A DNA stretch of 64,000 bases, taken from an uncultured Planctomycetota bacterium (GTDB lineage Bacteria > Planctomycetota > Planctomycetia > Pirellulales > Lacipirellulaceae). Each line of letters starts with the position of its first letter. Position 1 is the first letter of the stretch. The position numbers and the translations under genes are program-made. Of the stretch, positions 1 to 9,218 are shown in pieces. The stretch spans positions 576,001 to 640,000 of the forward strand of contig CAVRBU010000001.1 of NCBI GenBank assembly GCA_963719315.1, in the 5' to 3' direction. The notes under the pieces are model-generated. The model was not told where the DNA came from and did not search any database. It saw only the letters and a list, made by a program, of their open reading frames with translations.

Positions 1-592
1 GATGGGGCAGAACTATTCGCAGAACAAAGACGGCTTTGTTTACCTTTACTCACCCAACGGCAGTGTGGAGGGGACGATGAATCAGGTGGCGCTCTGCCGC
101 GTACCTAAAGATCGCATTTTAGATCGCGCGGCGTATGAGTTCTTCGCTGGATTGATCGCGGATGACGGGGCGAAGTGGAGCAGTCGGATCGAGGATCGAG
201 CGGTCGTCCACACGTTTCCGGCGGGTTACGTCAACAAGTTCGTCCACCCCTACGCCTGGCAGCCGAGCGTGGTTTATTATGCGCCGGCCGGGCAGTATTT
301 GATGACGAGTTGGGGCATGGGACTCACCAAATCTGGCACGTGGTTCGGGAAGCCGAGTTACCTGGGGTTTTGGACGGCGCCGCAGCCGTGGGGGCCGTGG
401 AAGCAAGTTTACGAAGAGCGCGAATGGACGCCCGGCGGCGACCAGGCGGCCCGCTGTTACCAGCCGCAGATCGCACCCAAGTGGATGGCGAAGGACGGCA
501 AAACGTTTTGGCTCGTCTGGACCGACTATCAAGACGGCGGGCAATACTATGCGTTTAACGCGCAGCAGGTTGAGGTGGAGTATGAGAACTAG
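1..592 (+). CDS. 5'-truncated DUF4185-like (putative beta-propeller/glycosidase-like) protein
   Basis: ORF open at window edge; motifs YVY-like FVYLY, LCRVP, YEFF, APQPWGPW and YQPQIAPKW resemble DUF4185 C-termini. Confidence 0.5.
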   Translation, partial: MGQNYSQNKDGFVYLYSPNGSVEGTMNQVALCRVPKDRILDRAAYEFFAGLIADDGAKWSSRIEDRAVVHTFPAGYVNKFVHPYAWQPSVVYYAPAGQYLMTSWGMGLTKSGTWFGKPSYLGFWTAPQPWGPWKQVYEEREWTPGGDQAARCYQPQIAPKWMAKDGKTFWLVWTDYQDGGQYYAFNAQQVEVEYEN

Positions 593-665
593 ATTTCCAC
601 CACTGCAAGAGTCGATTTACGAACTGCCCTTGCTCCCGCGTCGGGCTGCAAACCATTCCCTTGCA

Positions 666-3488
666 TCATTCGCATGCCGCCCAATTGGGCCCAGTTTTGA
701 CATCAACTTTTAGCGGCACGCGGAGTTGGAGCACGTTTTGCATTTCGTCGCGGACCAGGTTGGCAAGGCGATCGATCGAATCTTCGGGTACTTCGAACAC
801 GAGCTCATCGTGGATTTGGAGCAACATGCGGGCTTCCAGCTTTTCTTCGCGCAGCCGCCGGTGGATCGCAAGCATCGCCAGCTTGATCATGTCTGCTGCG
901 GAGCCTTGGATGACGCTGTTGACGACGGTGCGTTCGGGGAGAGTAAGCGGGCGGCGGCTGGGTTGGTCGGTGAGGAGCGAGAGTTGGTCGATGGGCCGTA
1001 CACCTTGGATCGCGCGGCGGCGGCCGAGGATGGTGGAGACGTAGCCTTTGCGGCGACAGGCGTCGAGCGTTTCGACCATGAACTCGGTGACGCCGCGATA
1101 CGTTTTGAAGTAGCCGTCGATGAACGTAGCCGCCTCTTCTTGCGAGATGCCGAGACCTTTGGCCAGACCGAAGGGGCTTTGACCGTAAATGACGCCGAAA
1201 TTGACGGCTTTGGCGCTGCGGCGTTGGGCGGAGGTGACTTCGGCGAGCGGCACGCTAAAAACCTGACTGGCGACCTGGGTGTGGATGTCTTCGTCGCGCT
1301 CGAACGCGGCGCACATCGATTCGTCGTGCGAATAGTGGGCCAGGATTCGCAGCTCGATTTGCGAATAGTCGGCGGCCAGCAGCTTCCAACGGGGTTGGCC
1401 GGCGACGAACGCGGAGCGGATTTCGCGGCCTTCCTCGGTGCGGATCGGAATGTTTTGCAGGTTCGGGTCGCTGGAGCTGAGGCGACCGGTGGCGGCGACG
1501 ACCTGGTTGAACGACGTGTGGACGCGACCCGTTTCAGCGTGGATCATCGTGGGGAGCGCGTCGACATAGGTGCTCTTGAGTTTCGAGTATTGGCGGTACT
1601 CGACGATTTTCTTGGGCAGCGGGTGCATGTCAGCGAGCTGCTCGAGCACGTCGGCATCAGTGCTGGCGCCGGTTTTTGTTTTCTTAACGACCGGCAGGCC
1701 GAGCTCTTGGAATAGCACTTGCGCGAGTTGTTTCGGCGAGGCGATGTTGAGCGGGTGGCCGGCTAGTTCTTCGATCTCTTGTTCCAACTCGGCGAGGCGT
1801 TTGCCGTATCGTTCACTCAATTCGGCGAGGCGGGCGGGGTCGATGCGGATGCCGTTGAATTCGAGCTCGGCCAGGACTTCGATGAGCGGGACTTCGACGG
1901 TTTCATTGAGCTCGGTCAGCTCCATCTCGGCCAGCCGCGCTTTCAAAATGGGGTGCATGCGGAGCGGGATGTCGGCATCTTCGGCGGCATACGTGCCGAC
2001 CTGCGCGACGGGCACTTCGTCCATCCGCTTTTGGTCGCGGCCTTTGCCGATGAGCGCGTCAATCTTAATCGTCGTGTGGTTGAGATACCTTTGGGCGAGG
2101 TCGTCGAGGTTGTGGCTGCGGCCGCCGGCGTCGAGCAAGTAACTGGCGAGCATGGTGTCGAAAGCCAAGCCGGCGAGCGTGACGCCGACGTTGCGGAGGA
2201 CGATCATGTCATACTTTAAGTTCTGGCCAAGCTTGCGGATGGCGGGGTTTTCGAGGACCGGCCGCAAGGCGGCAAGCGTTTCGTGCGGATCGAGGACGCG
2301 GTCGCCGGCCGGGCCGCGGACGGGGACGTAATACGCCTCGTTGGGTTTGTAGGCAAACGAATAGCCGACGATTTCGGCGCACCGCGGCGAAACGTGCGTC
2401 GTTTCGGTATCGACGCTGATGAGCGTTTGCCGAGAAAGGTCGGCGACGAGATTCGCCAACTTTTTCGGTATATCGATGACTTGGTAATCGGCGTCGGTCG
2501 CCGTTGAGGCAGAGGTTGCGGCGGTTGGTGACAGTTTCGCCACCCGGTCGACGAACGAGCGGAAGCCGAACTCGGCGAAAAGTTCGACGAGTGCTTCCTG
2601 GTCCATGCCGCCGATGCGGCTGGCGTCCCAGTCGGGCGCGATCGGCACTTGCGTATCGAGCCGCACCAGTTGGCGAGATAGCAGCGCGATCTCGCGGCTC
2701 TCGGCGAGCTTCTTGCCTTTTGTGCCGGGAACTTCGGCGGCATGATCAAGGACGTTGTCGAGCGTGCCGTAGGTTTCGAGCAGTTGCTGGGCCGTTTTGG
2801 GGCCGATACCGGCGACGCCGGGAACGTTATCGACTTTGTCGCCCACGAGCGATTGGAAATCGACGACCTGGTCGGGCGCGATACCCCATTCCTCGCGCAA
2901 TGCGGCGGCGTCAAAGACCTGGTTCTTGCGGATATTGAACACGGCAACGCGATCGGTAATGAGTTGCCGGCAATCTTTGTCGCCCGAGACGATGAAGCAG
3001 TTGGCGCCGCGTTCGTCGCAGATGCGGGCCAGTGTGGCGAGGACATCATCCGCCTCGTAGCCTTCGCAGGTGAGGACGGGGATCGACATCGCCCGCAGCA
3101 CGCGCTCGATCTTGGGAATTTGCGTGACGAGATCGCCTGGCATCTCGCTACGCTCGCCTTTGTAGGCCTCGAACAGCGCGTCGCGGAACGTGGGGCCTGG
3201 AAGGTCGAAGGCACAGATGAGGGCGTTGGGCTGCTTGTCTTCGATCAAGTAGAGCATGTCGCGGACGAAGCCGAACACGGCGCCGACCTGCTCGCCGCGG
3301 GGGCTGCTCATTTCGGGCAGGGCGTGGAAGACCTGGAAGATCAGCGAGTGGGCATCGACGAGGTAGACGTTCCAGCCCTTGATATCGACGGACTGCGGAA
3401 GGGGGTCGCAGGGTTCGTCGGCGTGGTCGGGCGCCGAGGTGTCAGCATCCAAGCCGGGCAAGGAGCGTTGTTGGGTGCGTGCGGGCAT
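666..3488 (-). CDS. polA: DNA polymerase I
   Basis: 5'-3' exo (LVDAHSLIFQVFHA, EADDVLAT, GDKD), intact 3'-5' exo motifs (DTETT, GQNLKYD, YAAEDAD), Pol A motifs (DYSQIELR, KAVNFGVIYG, LQIHDEL); start ATG 3488 or 3542. Confidence 0.98.
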   Translation of the reverse strand: MPARTQQRSLPGLDADTSAPDHADEPCDPLPQSVDIKGWNVYLVDAHSLIFQVFHALPEMSSPRGEQVGAVFGFVRDMLYLIEDKQPNALICAFDLPGPTFRDALFEAYKGERSEMPGDLVTQIPKIERVLRAMSIPVLTCEGYEADDVLATLARICDERGANCFIVSGDKDCRQLITDRVAVFNIRKNQVFDAAALREEWGIAPDQVVDFQSLVGDKVDNVPGVAGIGPKTAQQLLETYGTLDNVLDHAAEVPGTKGKKLAESREIALLSRQLVRLDTQVPIAPDWDASRIGGMDQEALVELFAEFGFRSFVDRVAKLSPTAATSASTATDADYQVIDIPKKLANLVADLSRQTLISVDTETTHVSPRCAEIVGYSFAYKPNEAYYVPVRGPAGDRVLDPHETLAALRPVLENPAIRKLGQNLKYDMIVLRNVGVTLAGLAFDTMLASYLLDAGGRSHNLDDLAQRYLNHTTIKIDALIGKGRDQKRMDEVPVAQVGTYAAEDADIPLRMHPILKARLAEMELTELNETVEVPLIEVLAELEFNGIRIDPARLAELSERYGKRLAELEQEIEELAGHPLNIASPKQLAQVLFQELGLPVVKKTKTGASTDADVLEQLADMHPLPKKIVEYRQYSKLKSTYVDALPTMIHAETGRVHTSFNQVVAATGRLSSSDPNLQNIPIRTEEGREIRSAFVAGQPRWKLLAADYSQIELRILAHYSHDESMCAAFERDEDIHTQVASQVFSVPLAEVTSAQRRSAKAVNFGVIYGQSPFGLAKGLGISQEEAATFIDGYFKTYRGVTEFMVETLDACRRKGYVSTILGRRRAIQGVRPIDQLSLLTDQPSRRPLTLPERTVVNSVIQGSAADMIKLAMLAIHRRLREEKLEARMLLQIHDELVFEVPEDSIDRLANLVRDEMQNVLQLRVPLKVDVKTGPNWAACE

Positions 3489-3753
3489 GGCGGATCCGTG
3501 GCGACGGGCGGCTCGCCTGTCGGCGGCAGCCTGGCCGGGCATTCAAGCGATTCGGCAGGCGGGCCGCCTGCCGAAGTTACGTACAGCCATCGTATCCGCT
3601 TCGTTGACTGGCGATAATCCCCTAACTAAACTGGACTTAGGGCAATAGTTTCACTCATCTGGCCCGAAGCAAATTCGGGGGCTTCCGCCTCCGGCTAGAC
3701 GGATCGATCCGTTCCGGCCGTGTTACGTAGGGCAGCAGACGACGAGGTATGCA

Positions 3754-5196
3754 ATGGCAGCGCGGCAAGATCAGACCCTCCAAATCTTTCTGATCATTTT
3801 CATCTTTCTGTTTTTGATCGTATCGGTCGTGGCGTACCTCGGCTGGCGCGGGTACAGCGATGCGGACCAGCGCGCCGCGACATTGCAGAATTCGTTGAAC
3901 GAAAAGAACTCGCAAGTCCAGACGCAGCAAACCGACCTGGAAGACCTGCGCGAGAAGATGGGCTTCGGCCGGAACGATAACTCGGCCGACGTGAAGAAGG
4001 CAGCCGACAAAGATATGGAAACATTCGGCACTGCGGTCGCGGATCCGGCGAGCCGGACGTACCGCAAGGTGCTAGAGACGGTGTATGTCGAGGGTCAGCA
4101 GACGGCGGCCCGCGAAGCGAAACTGAAGATTGACCTGGCGGGGCGCGATAAGCAGCTTCTGGCCAAGGAGACCGAGACCCAGAAGATCATCGACCAGCAC
4201 GATGATGCGCGAAAAAAGGCCGAGGCGGACCGTGCCGCTGAAGCGAGCAAATTCGCCGAAGACCGCAAGGCCCTCGAGAAGACCAAAGCCGACCTGCAAA
4301 AGAGCCTGGACGACCAGCGGATGAAATACGAAGCCCAGATTGCGTCGCTCGATAAGGAAAAAAAGGACCTGACCGATCAAAATGTCAAGCTGGAACACGC
4401 TGTGGCGAACTTGATCGAGAATCGCAAGGACGAGCCGGAAAGCTTCGAAGTGGCCGACGGCCGGATTTCGTGGGTCAACCAGAACGGCACGGTCTGGATC
4501 AATCTGGGGACGGCCGACTCGCTCCGCCGGCAGGTGACGTTCAGCGTGTTTGACGCCGATTTGCACGACGCGGCCAAGAGCAAGAAGAAGGGCAGTATCG
4601 AAGTGACGCGGCTGCTCTCGGACCACATGGCCGAAGCCCGGATCACGAACGACGACCCGACGAACCCGATCCTTACGGGCGACAACATCTACAGCCAGAT
4701 TTGGCATCGCGGTAAGAAGCTGCACTTTGCAATCACGGGCGTGATCGACATCGACGGCGACGGCAAGAGCGACTTGCAACTGGCCCGCGAGTTGATTGAA
4801 CTCAACGGCGGCGTCGTCGACGCGTACCTCGACGATGACGGCAAGGTGAAAGGCGAGATCACGGCCAACACGCGGTATCTCATCTCGGGCGACGCGCCGG
4901 AGAAGGCCTCGCAGATCGCGCTGCAACAGGGCACGAACGACATGTATAAAACGGCAAGATCGTTGGGCGTGGAGACGGTCACGCTGCCGGAGTTTCTCTC
5001 CCAGATGGGCTACAAGCCCCAGGACCGCACGGTAAATCTTGGCCCCGGCGCCACCGCCCGCGACTTCCGGGCGACTCCGGAGAACGACGTTTCAGGCCGA
5101 CGGGCATCGCAGTTTCGTGGGCGTCCGGCCTCTGAGACGGCGCCGCGACGGGCGTCGGCGGCTGCGGCGGCGCAGGAATCGGGGACTTCCAATTGA
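3754..5196 (+). CDS. Membrane-anchored coiled-coil protein with C-terminal BRCT-like domain
   Basis: N-terminal TM helix, about 190-aa K/E/Q/A-rich coiled coil, beta-rich domain, then HFAITG...LIELNGG...TRYLISGD...ARSLGVETVTLPEFL. Confidence 0.8.
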   Translation: MAARQDQTLQIFLIIFIFLFLIVSVVAYLGWRGYSDADQRAATLQNSLNEKNSQVQTQQTDLEDLREKMGFGRNDNSADVKKAADKDMETFGTAVADPASRTYRKVLETVYVEGQQTAAREAKLKIDLAGRDKQLLAKETETQKIIDQHDDARKKAEADRAAEASKFAEDRKALEKTKADLQKSLDDQRMKYEAQIASLDKEKKDLTDQNVKLEHAVANLIENRKDEPESFEVADGRISWVNQNGTVWINLGTADSLRRQVTFSVFDADLHDAAKSKKKGSIEVTRLLSDHMAEARITNDDPTNPILTGDNIYSQIWHRGKKLHFAITGVIDIDGDGKSDLQLARELIELNGGVVDAYLDDDGKVKGEITANTRYLISGDAPEKASQIALQQGTNDMYKTARSLGVETVTLPEFLSQMGYKPQDRTVNLGPGATARDFRATPENDVSGRRASQFRGRPASETAPRRASAAAAAQESGTSN

Positions 5197-5249
5197 TCGG
5201 CCGGCAATACTGATGCCGAATGGCTTCAATCAATGCCTTGTCGCATTGC

Positions 5250-5662
5250 TTATTCGAAGAGCACGTGACGGATTTGGCGTAGTTCGTTGACCGAAGGCTG
5301 GAGCATTGGCGGCAACTTTGTGGCCTCGAAGTATTCGGGTTCAACGAACAGTGTGGCGGCGTTTTTCGCCCCTTGAGCGGCAGCCAGCTTCTTCATAAGC
5401 CGGCGGTTTGTACGGTCGAGTCGATGAGCTCGAGCTAATTCGTTGAACATCTGTGACGAGCTGTCGTGGAGAAACTCTTTCTTTTGCGCTTGGCCCGCCA
5501 ATGAGTGACGATCATGACGACCAATACCAAACACGAAGCGCCCACGATCACGGCCCACTCCGCGGAGCCAAAGCCGGGCCGCTGGTGGTCGAAGCGACCC
5601 CAGACGATGCCGGAATCTTCCCGCTCGGCGAGTAGAATTGGCCAGGTTAGAAAGTGGCACAT
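5250..5662 (-). CDS. Small single-TM protein, apparently frameshifted near 5480
   Basis: ATG 5662 overlaps TGA of upstream HEAT gene; N-terminal part (MCHFLTW...TM...WRAKRK) and C-terminal part (KKEFLHDSS...VLFE) are in different frames joined at CGCAAAAGAAAGAG. Confidence 0.6.
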
Positions 5663-7317
5663 CACGTTGAACTCCCCGCAGTCGTAACTTGATCTGATTT
5701 CGCTTCCACGCCGGTGCGCTGGAGTTGTGCGATGCTTGCCCGCGCGGCGTCGGCCACGCTGCCATTCGCGTCTCTGGATGCGGCGTCGAGGACTTGGGCA
5801 CTGCCGGCTTGTTGGCAATGCCCGAGTGCCAGCACGGCCTCTTTGCGAACGGCAACATTCTCGTGGCGGGCCAACTCGATCAATTGTGGCTGCACATCGT
5901 CCGTCGCCGCCAGAGCGACGGCCATTTCAATGGCGCGCAGCCGAATGGTAAGCGACGGCGAGGCGAGATCCTCCGCCAGTTTTTGGCAGGCCAAAGGATC
6001 GACTTTGTGGACCAGCCGACCGGTCGTGCGGGCGGCTTCCTCGTCGAGCAAGTCGAACATCGATCGATAGCGGACGAAGTTGAACTCGGCCAGTGACGAC
6101 CGGGCGGCCTCGCGGACTTCGACGGACGGGGCGTCGAGCCGGGAGACGAGCAGTTTGAGGGCGTCGGGCAGGCGGCGCGAGCGAAGTTGTCGTAGGGCGA
6201 CTGCTTGGACGCCGGCGTCCGGATCGTCGATTGCGGCGAGCACGAGCTCATCGGCCCTGGGATCAGCGAATCGAGCAAGTGCCTGGCAACTAGCCCGGCG
6301 GCCTTCGGCCAAGCCGCCGCGAAGCACGAGGGCCAGCAAGTCGAACAATGCTTCGCCGTTGATGTCACTCGCCACCGCGAGATCAACCGCCACGGCTTGC
6401 GCGCGCCCATCGAAGTCCAACAATCGTTCGCGGTGTGCTTCCAGCCAGGTGACGCGGCGAAGTCGCTTCATGTTGTGCAGCACGCGGAGCGGCGCGGGGT
6501 GTTTCAATTCATGCAGCAGAAGGTTTAAAAACTGCTGATCGTCGCGTTGGGCGACGACTTCGAGGGCGGCGGTTGGTGCTTCAGTGTCTCGCAAGAGTTC
6601 AACGAGCCGATCCATAATGCCGGAGTCCTCGCTGGTCGATAGGGCCGCGACCATGGCTGCGTGGCAAGGATGATGCGTGTCATGGAGGATTTTCAAGAAC
6701 ATCGCGTTGTCGGCTGGCGCGAGAAGGAGGAAGGCGTCGAGGATTTCAGTCCGATTGTGCTGCGCGAAGCGACTGAGCGATTGTTCGAGCGCGACGAGCA
6801 CGTGGCGGCGGGTAAAGGACGGGTCGTGCACGCCTTCCCGCGCGCCGCCGGCCCATTGGGCCAGGTCTTGGAATAACCGATCAGTCAGGCCTGCGATTGT
6901 TGCGAGCACATCGGCAGGGTGCTTATGTTTTTTGTTCTCCGCCGCTTTGAGCAGCGTTGGAAACATTTCGAAATCGCCGGCTGCTTGAATGATTTCGCAG
7001 GCGCCGAAGCACAGCGTGGCGTCTCCTTCGAGCACGGCCTTTCGCAGGACGGGCGCGGCATGGTGCGTCATCCCCCGATGCGTTTCGCAGAGAACCGTTT
7101 GATCCGCTGCATCTAATTCGGCAAAGTGACTTACCAATTCGGTATGCGTAGCCGGATCGTGTCGGCGCACGGCGGCGCGGATGACGGCGGCTCGCACTTC
7201 GGGGCTGCTGGAACGAATGCCGGCAACAACGACCGGCACGACCGCCCGATTGCGCGTGTTTGAGAGCACCTGGCAAGTGGCATTCAGGCCGGTCGGCAAG
7301 ATTTGACCTTCTGGCAT
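5662..7317 (-). CDS. HEAT-repeat protein
   Basis: 551 aa, Ala/Leu-rich helical repeats of the xVRxxAxxAL type (EVRAAVIRA, EVREAARSSL, AVRKEAVLALG). Confidence 0.8.
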   Translation of the reverse strand: MPEGQILPTGLNATCQVLSNTRNRAVVPVVVAGIRSSSPEVRAAVIRAAVRRHDPATHTELVSHFAELDAADQTVLCETHRGMTHHAAPVLRKAVLEGDATLCFGACEIIQAAGDFEMFPTLLKAAENKKHKHPADVLATIAGLTDRLFQDLAQWAGGAREGVHDPSFTRRHVLVALEQSLSRFAQHNRTEILDAFLLLAPADNAMFLKILHDTHHPCHAAMVAALSTSEDSGIMDRLVELLRDTEAPTAALEVVAQRDDQQFLNLLLHELKHPAPLRVLHNMKRLRRVTWLEAHRERLLDFDGRAQAVAVDLAVASDINGEALFDLLALVLRGGLAEGRRASCQALARFADPRADELVLAAIDDPDAGVQAVALRQLRSRRLPDALKLLVSRLDAPSVEVREAARSSLAEFNFVRYRSMFDLLDEEAARTTGRLVHKVDPLACQKLAEDLASPSLTIRLRAIEMAVALAATDDVQPQLIELARHENVAVRKEAVLALGHCQQAGSAQVLDAASRDANGSVADAARASIAQLQRTGVEAKSDQVTTAGSST

Positions 7318-7542
7318 CGATCTCGGTCGTTAGCGGCTACCCAATTTACCTTATCGGCGAAACCTAGTGGCGAGCGACAGCGTAACCGTCGGCCGCGGTA
7401 CAGCCCATATAGCCACGAGACATAAGCCAGGGCAGCAATAACCCGCGAGGATCAATCAAGAACTCGTTGCAAAGATGTCTCATGCGAGCGAAACTGAGGG
7501 AATACTCGATCTTGGCGACTTCGAGCCGCTTGGGAGGATGTC

Positions 7543-7797
7543 ATGCCTAACCTTCGCAAAAGTGTCGATGTGCTGGAGCAGGAGTTTTTGCCCGCCCGGG
7601 CGAAGATTTTGGAGGTGGCCGCGGCGCTCGACCGGATTGACCGGGCGAGTGGATCGGTCGATTCCGATTCACGGCGCACGCAAATGCACGCCGCGATCCA
7701 AGTATTGCTGCGGCCCGAGGATGACCGCGCGGAACAGATTCAATTGATCTTTAGCCGACCGTACAAGAGTGATTGGCGGGAAAAGTTCGGAGTGTAA
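7543..7797 (+). CDS. Small helical hypothetical protein
   Basis: 84-aa ORF with GGAGG RBS, protein-like composition, upstream of the TatD gene. Confidence 0.75.
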   Translation: MPNLRKSVDVLEQEFLPARAKILEVAAALDRIDRASGSVDSDSRRTQMHAAIQVLLRPEDDRAEQIQLIFSRPYKSDWREKFGV

Positions 7798-7798
7798 G

Positions 7799-7879
7799 AG
7801 CAGTAGCGGAGTGGTGGAGTAAGAGAAGTGTGATCGATTTCGCTTTTCTCCTACTCTTCCACTCCCCTACTCCCCTGCT
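7799..7879. repeat. 8-bp periodic inverted-repeat (hairpin) element
   Basis: AGTAGCGGAGTGGTGGAGTAAGAGAA ... TTCTCCTACTCTTCCACTCCCCTACT; ends immediately before ATG 7880. Confidence 0.65.
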
Positions 7880-8713
7880 ATGTACTACATCGATCCACAC
7901 ATACACATGGTCTCGCGGACGACGGACGACTACGAGACGCTGGCCAAGATGGGCTGCGTCGCGGTGAGTGAACCGGCGTTTTGGGCGGGATACGATCGCG
8001 GAAGCGTCGACGGGTTCCGTGATTATTTCGAGCAGTTGGTGGCGTTCGAGCCGAAGCGGGCCGGTTGGTACGGCATTCAGCACTTCACGTGGATGTGCAT
8101 CAACGCGAAAGAGGCAGAGAACGTTGCGCTTGCTCGCGAAGTGATCGCGATGATTCCCGAGTTTCTCGATCGGCCGGGCGTGTTGGGGATCGGCGAGATC
8201 GGACTCAATAAGAACACGAAGAACGAAGCGACCGTGTTTTTGGAGCACGTCGAGCTCGCAATGCAGACCGACGAACAGATTCTCATCCACACGCCCCATC
8301 TGGAAGATAAGTTCCAAGGCACGCGAATGATTCTGGACATACTGTGCGACGACGGCCGGATCAATCGCGAGCGCGTGCTCGTCGATCACACGGAAGAACA
8401 TACGGTGCGGGCAGTGCTCGACCAGGGCTTTTGGGCCGGCATGACACTGTACCCCGTAAGCAAGTGCACGCCGGCCCGGGCGGCGGATATCGTCGAGATG
8501 TACGGCCCGGAACGGTTGCTTGTAAACTCAGCCGGCGACTGGGGACCCTCGAAGCCGACAGCCGTGCCGGACTTTATTCTAGAAATGCGACGCCGCGGGC
8601 ACGCCGAAAGCCTCATCCGCCGAATCGTGTATGACAATCCGGTGACCTTCTTCAGTCAGAGCCGGAATTTCGTGTTCAACCCACCGGATGTGACTGAGCA
8701 CGCAGGGGTGTGA
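7880..8713 (+). CDS. TatD-family metallohydrolase, EboB-like
   Basis: [29 protein letters not shown] metal-binding motifs. Confidence 0.85.
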   Translation: MYYIDPHIHMVSRTTDDYETLAKMGCVAVSEPAFWAGYDRGSVDGFRDYFEQLVAFEPKRAGWYGIQHFTWMCINAKEAENVALAREVIAMIPEFLDRPGVLGIGEIGLNKNTKNEATVFLEHVELAMQTDEQILIHTPHLEDKFQGTRMILDILCDDGRINRERVLVDHTEEHTVRAVLDQGFWAGMTLYPVSKCTPARAADIVEMYGPERLLVNSAGDWGPSKPTAVPDFILEMRRRGHAESLIRRIVYDNPVTFFSQSRNFVFNPPDVTEHAGV

Positions 8714-8762
8714 TCGTACGTTGCGATACACCCCCAAACTGTGACTGAAGCAGGAAATCACT

Positions 8763-8969
8763 ATGAAATTTCTAGTTATTATTGATCGCGATGAAGACGG
8801 AGTCTGGGTCGTGGAGTGTCCCTCAATTCCTGGTTGTGTCAGTCAGGGGGAGACGAAGGACGAAGCGCTGACCAATATTAAGGACGCGATTCGAGTATGC
8901 CTTGACTCGCGTGCAGAGTTGGGAATGCCGCTGACTGTCGAAACTCGCCAAGTGGAGGTGGAGGCCTGA
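8763..8969 (+). CDS. hicB: HicB-family antitoxin (short form)
   Basis: DEDGVWVVECPSIPGCVSQGETKDEALTNIKDAI signature. Confidence 0.88.
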   Translation: MKFLVIIDRDEDGVWVVECPSIPGCVSQGETKDEALTNIKDAIRVCLDSRAELGMPLTVETRQVEVEA

Positions 8970-9191
8970 TGGCGCCTGCCCGTGCTGAGCGGTCGCGAAG
9001 TCGTTCGAACTTTTGAATCGCTCGGTTAACGAAAGTCGCGCCAATCGGGTAGCCACATTGTGCTCGTCAAGGACGGTCACTCGGCATCGCTCTCGGTGCC
9101 GGATCATCGTGAAGTTGCCCGCGGAACGCTGCGCAAGTTAATCCGCGCAGCGAATTTAACGGTCGATGAGTTAGTGGCGGCGATTCAATGA
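8969..9191 (+). pseudogene. hicA: HicA mRNA interferase toxin pseudogene
   Basis: ATG overlaps hicB TGA; frameshift after ATG GCG C and in-frame TAA at 9027-9029; reconstructed LPVLSGREVVRTFESLG*RKSRQSGSHIVLVKDG...SVPDHREVARGTLRKLIR. Confidence 0.85.
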
Positions 9192-9218
9192 TTTACGCGG
9201 CCTTTCGCTACGTTGAAT

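Noticed and set aside
726..3617. Long + strand ORFs antisense to polA, and similar shadow ORFs throughout the window
   Set aside because: Antisense shadows expected from GC-rich codon bias; no recognisable motifs
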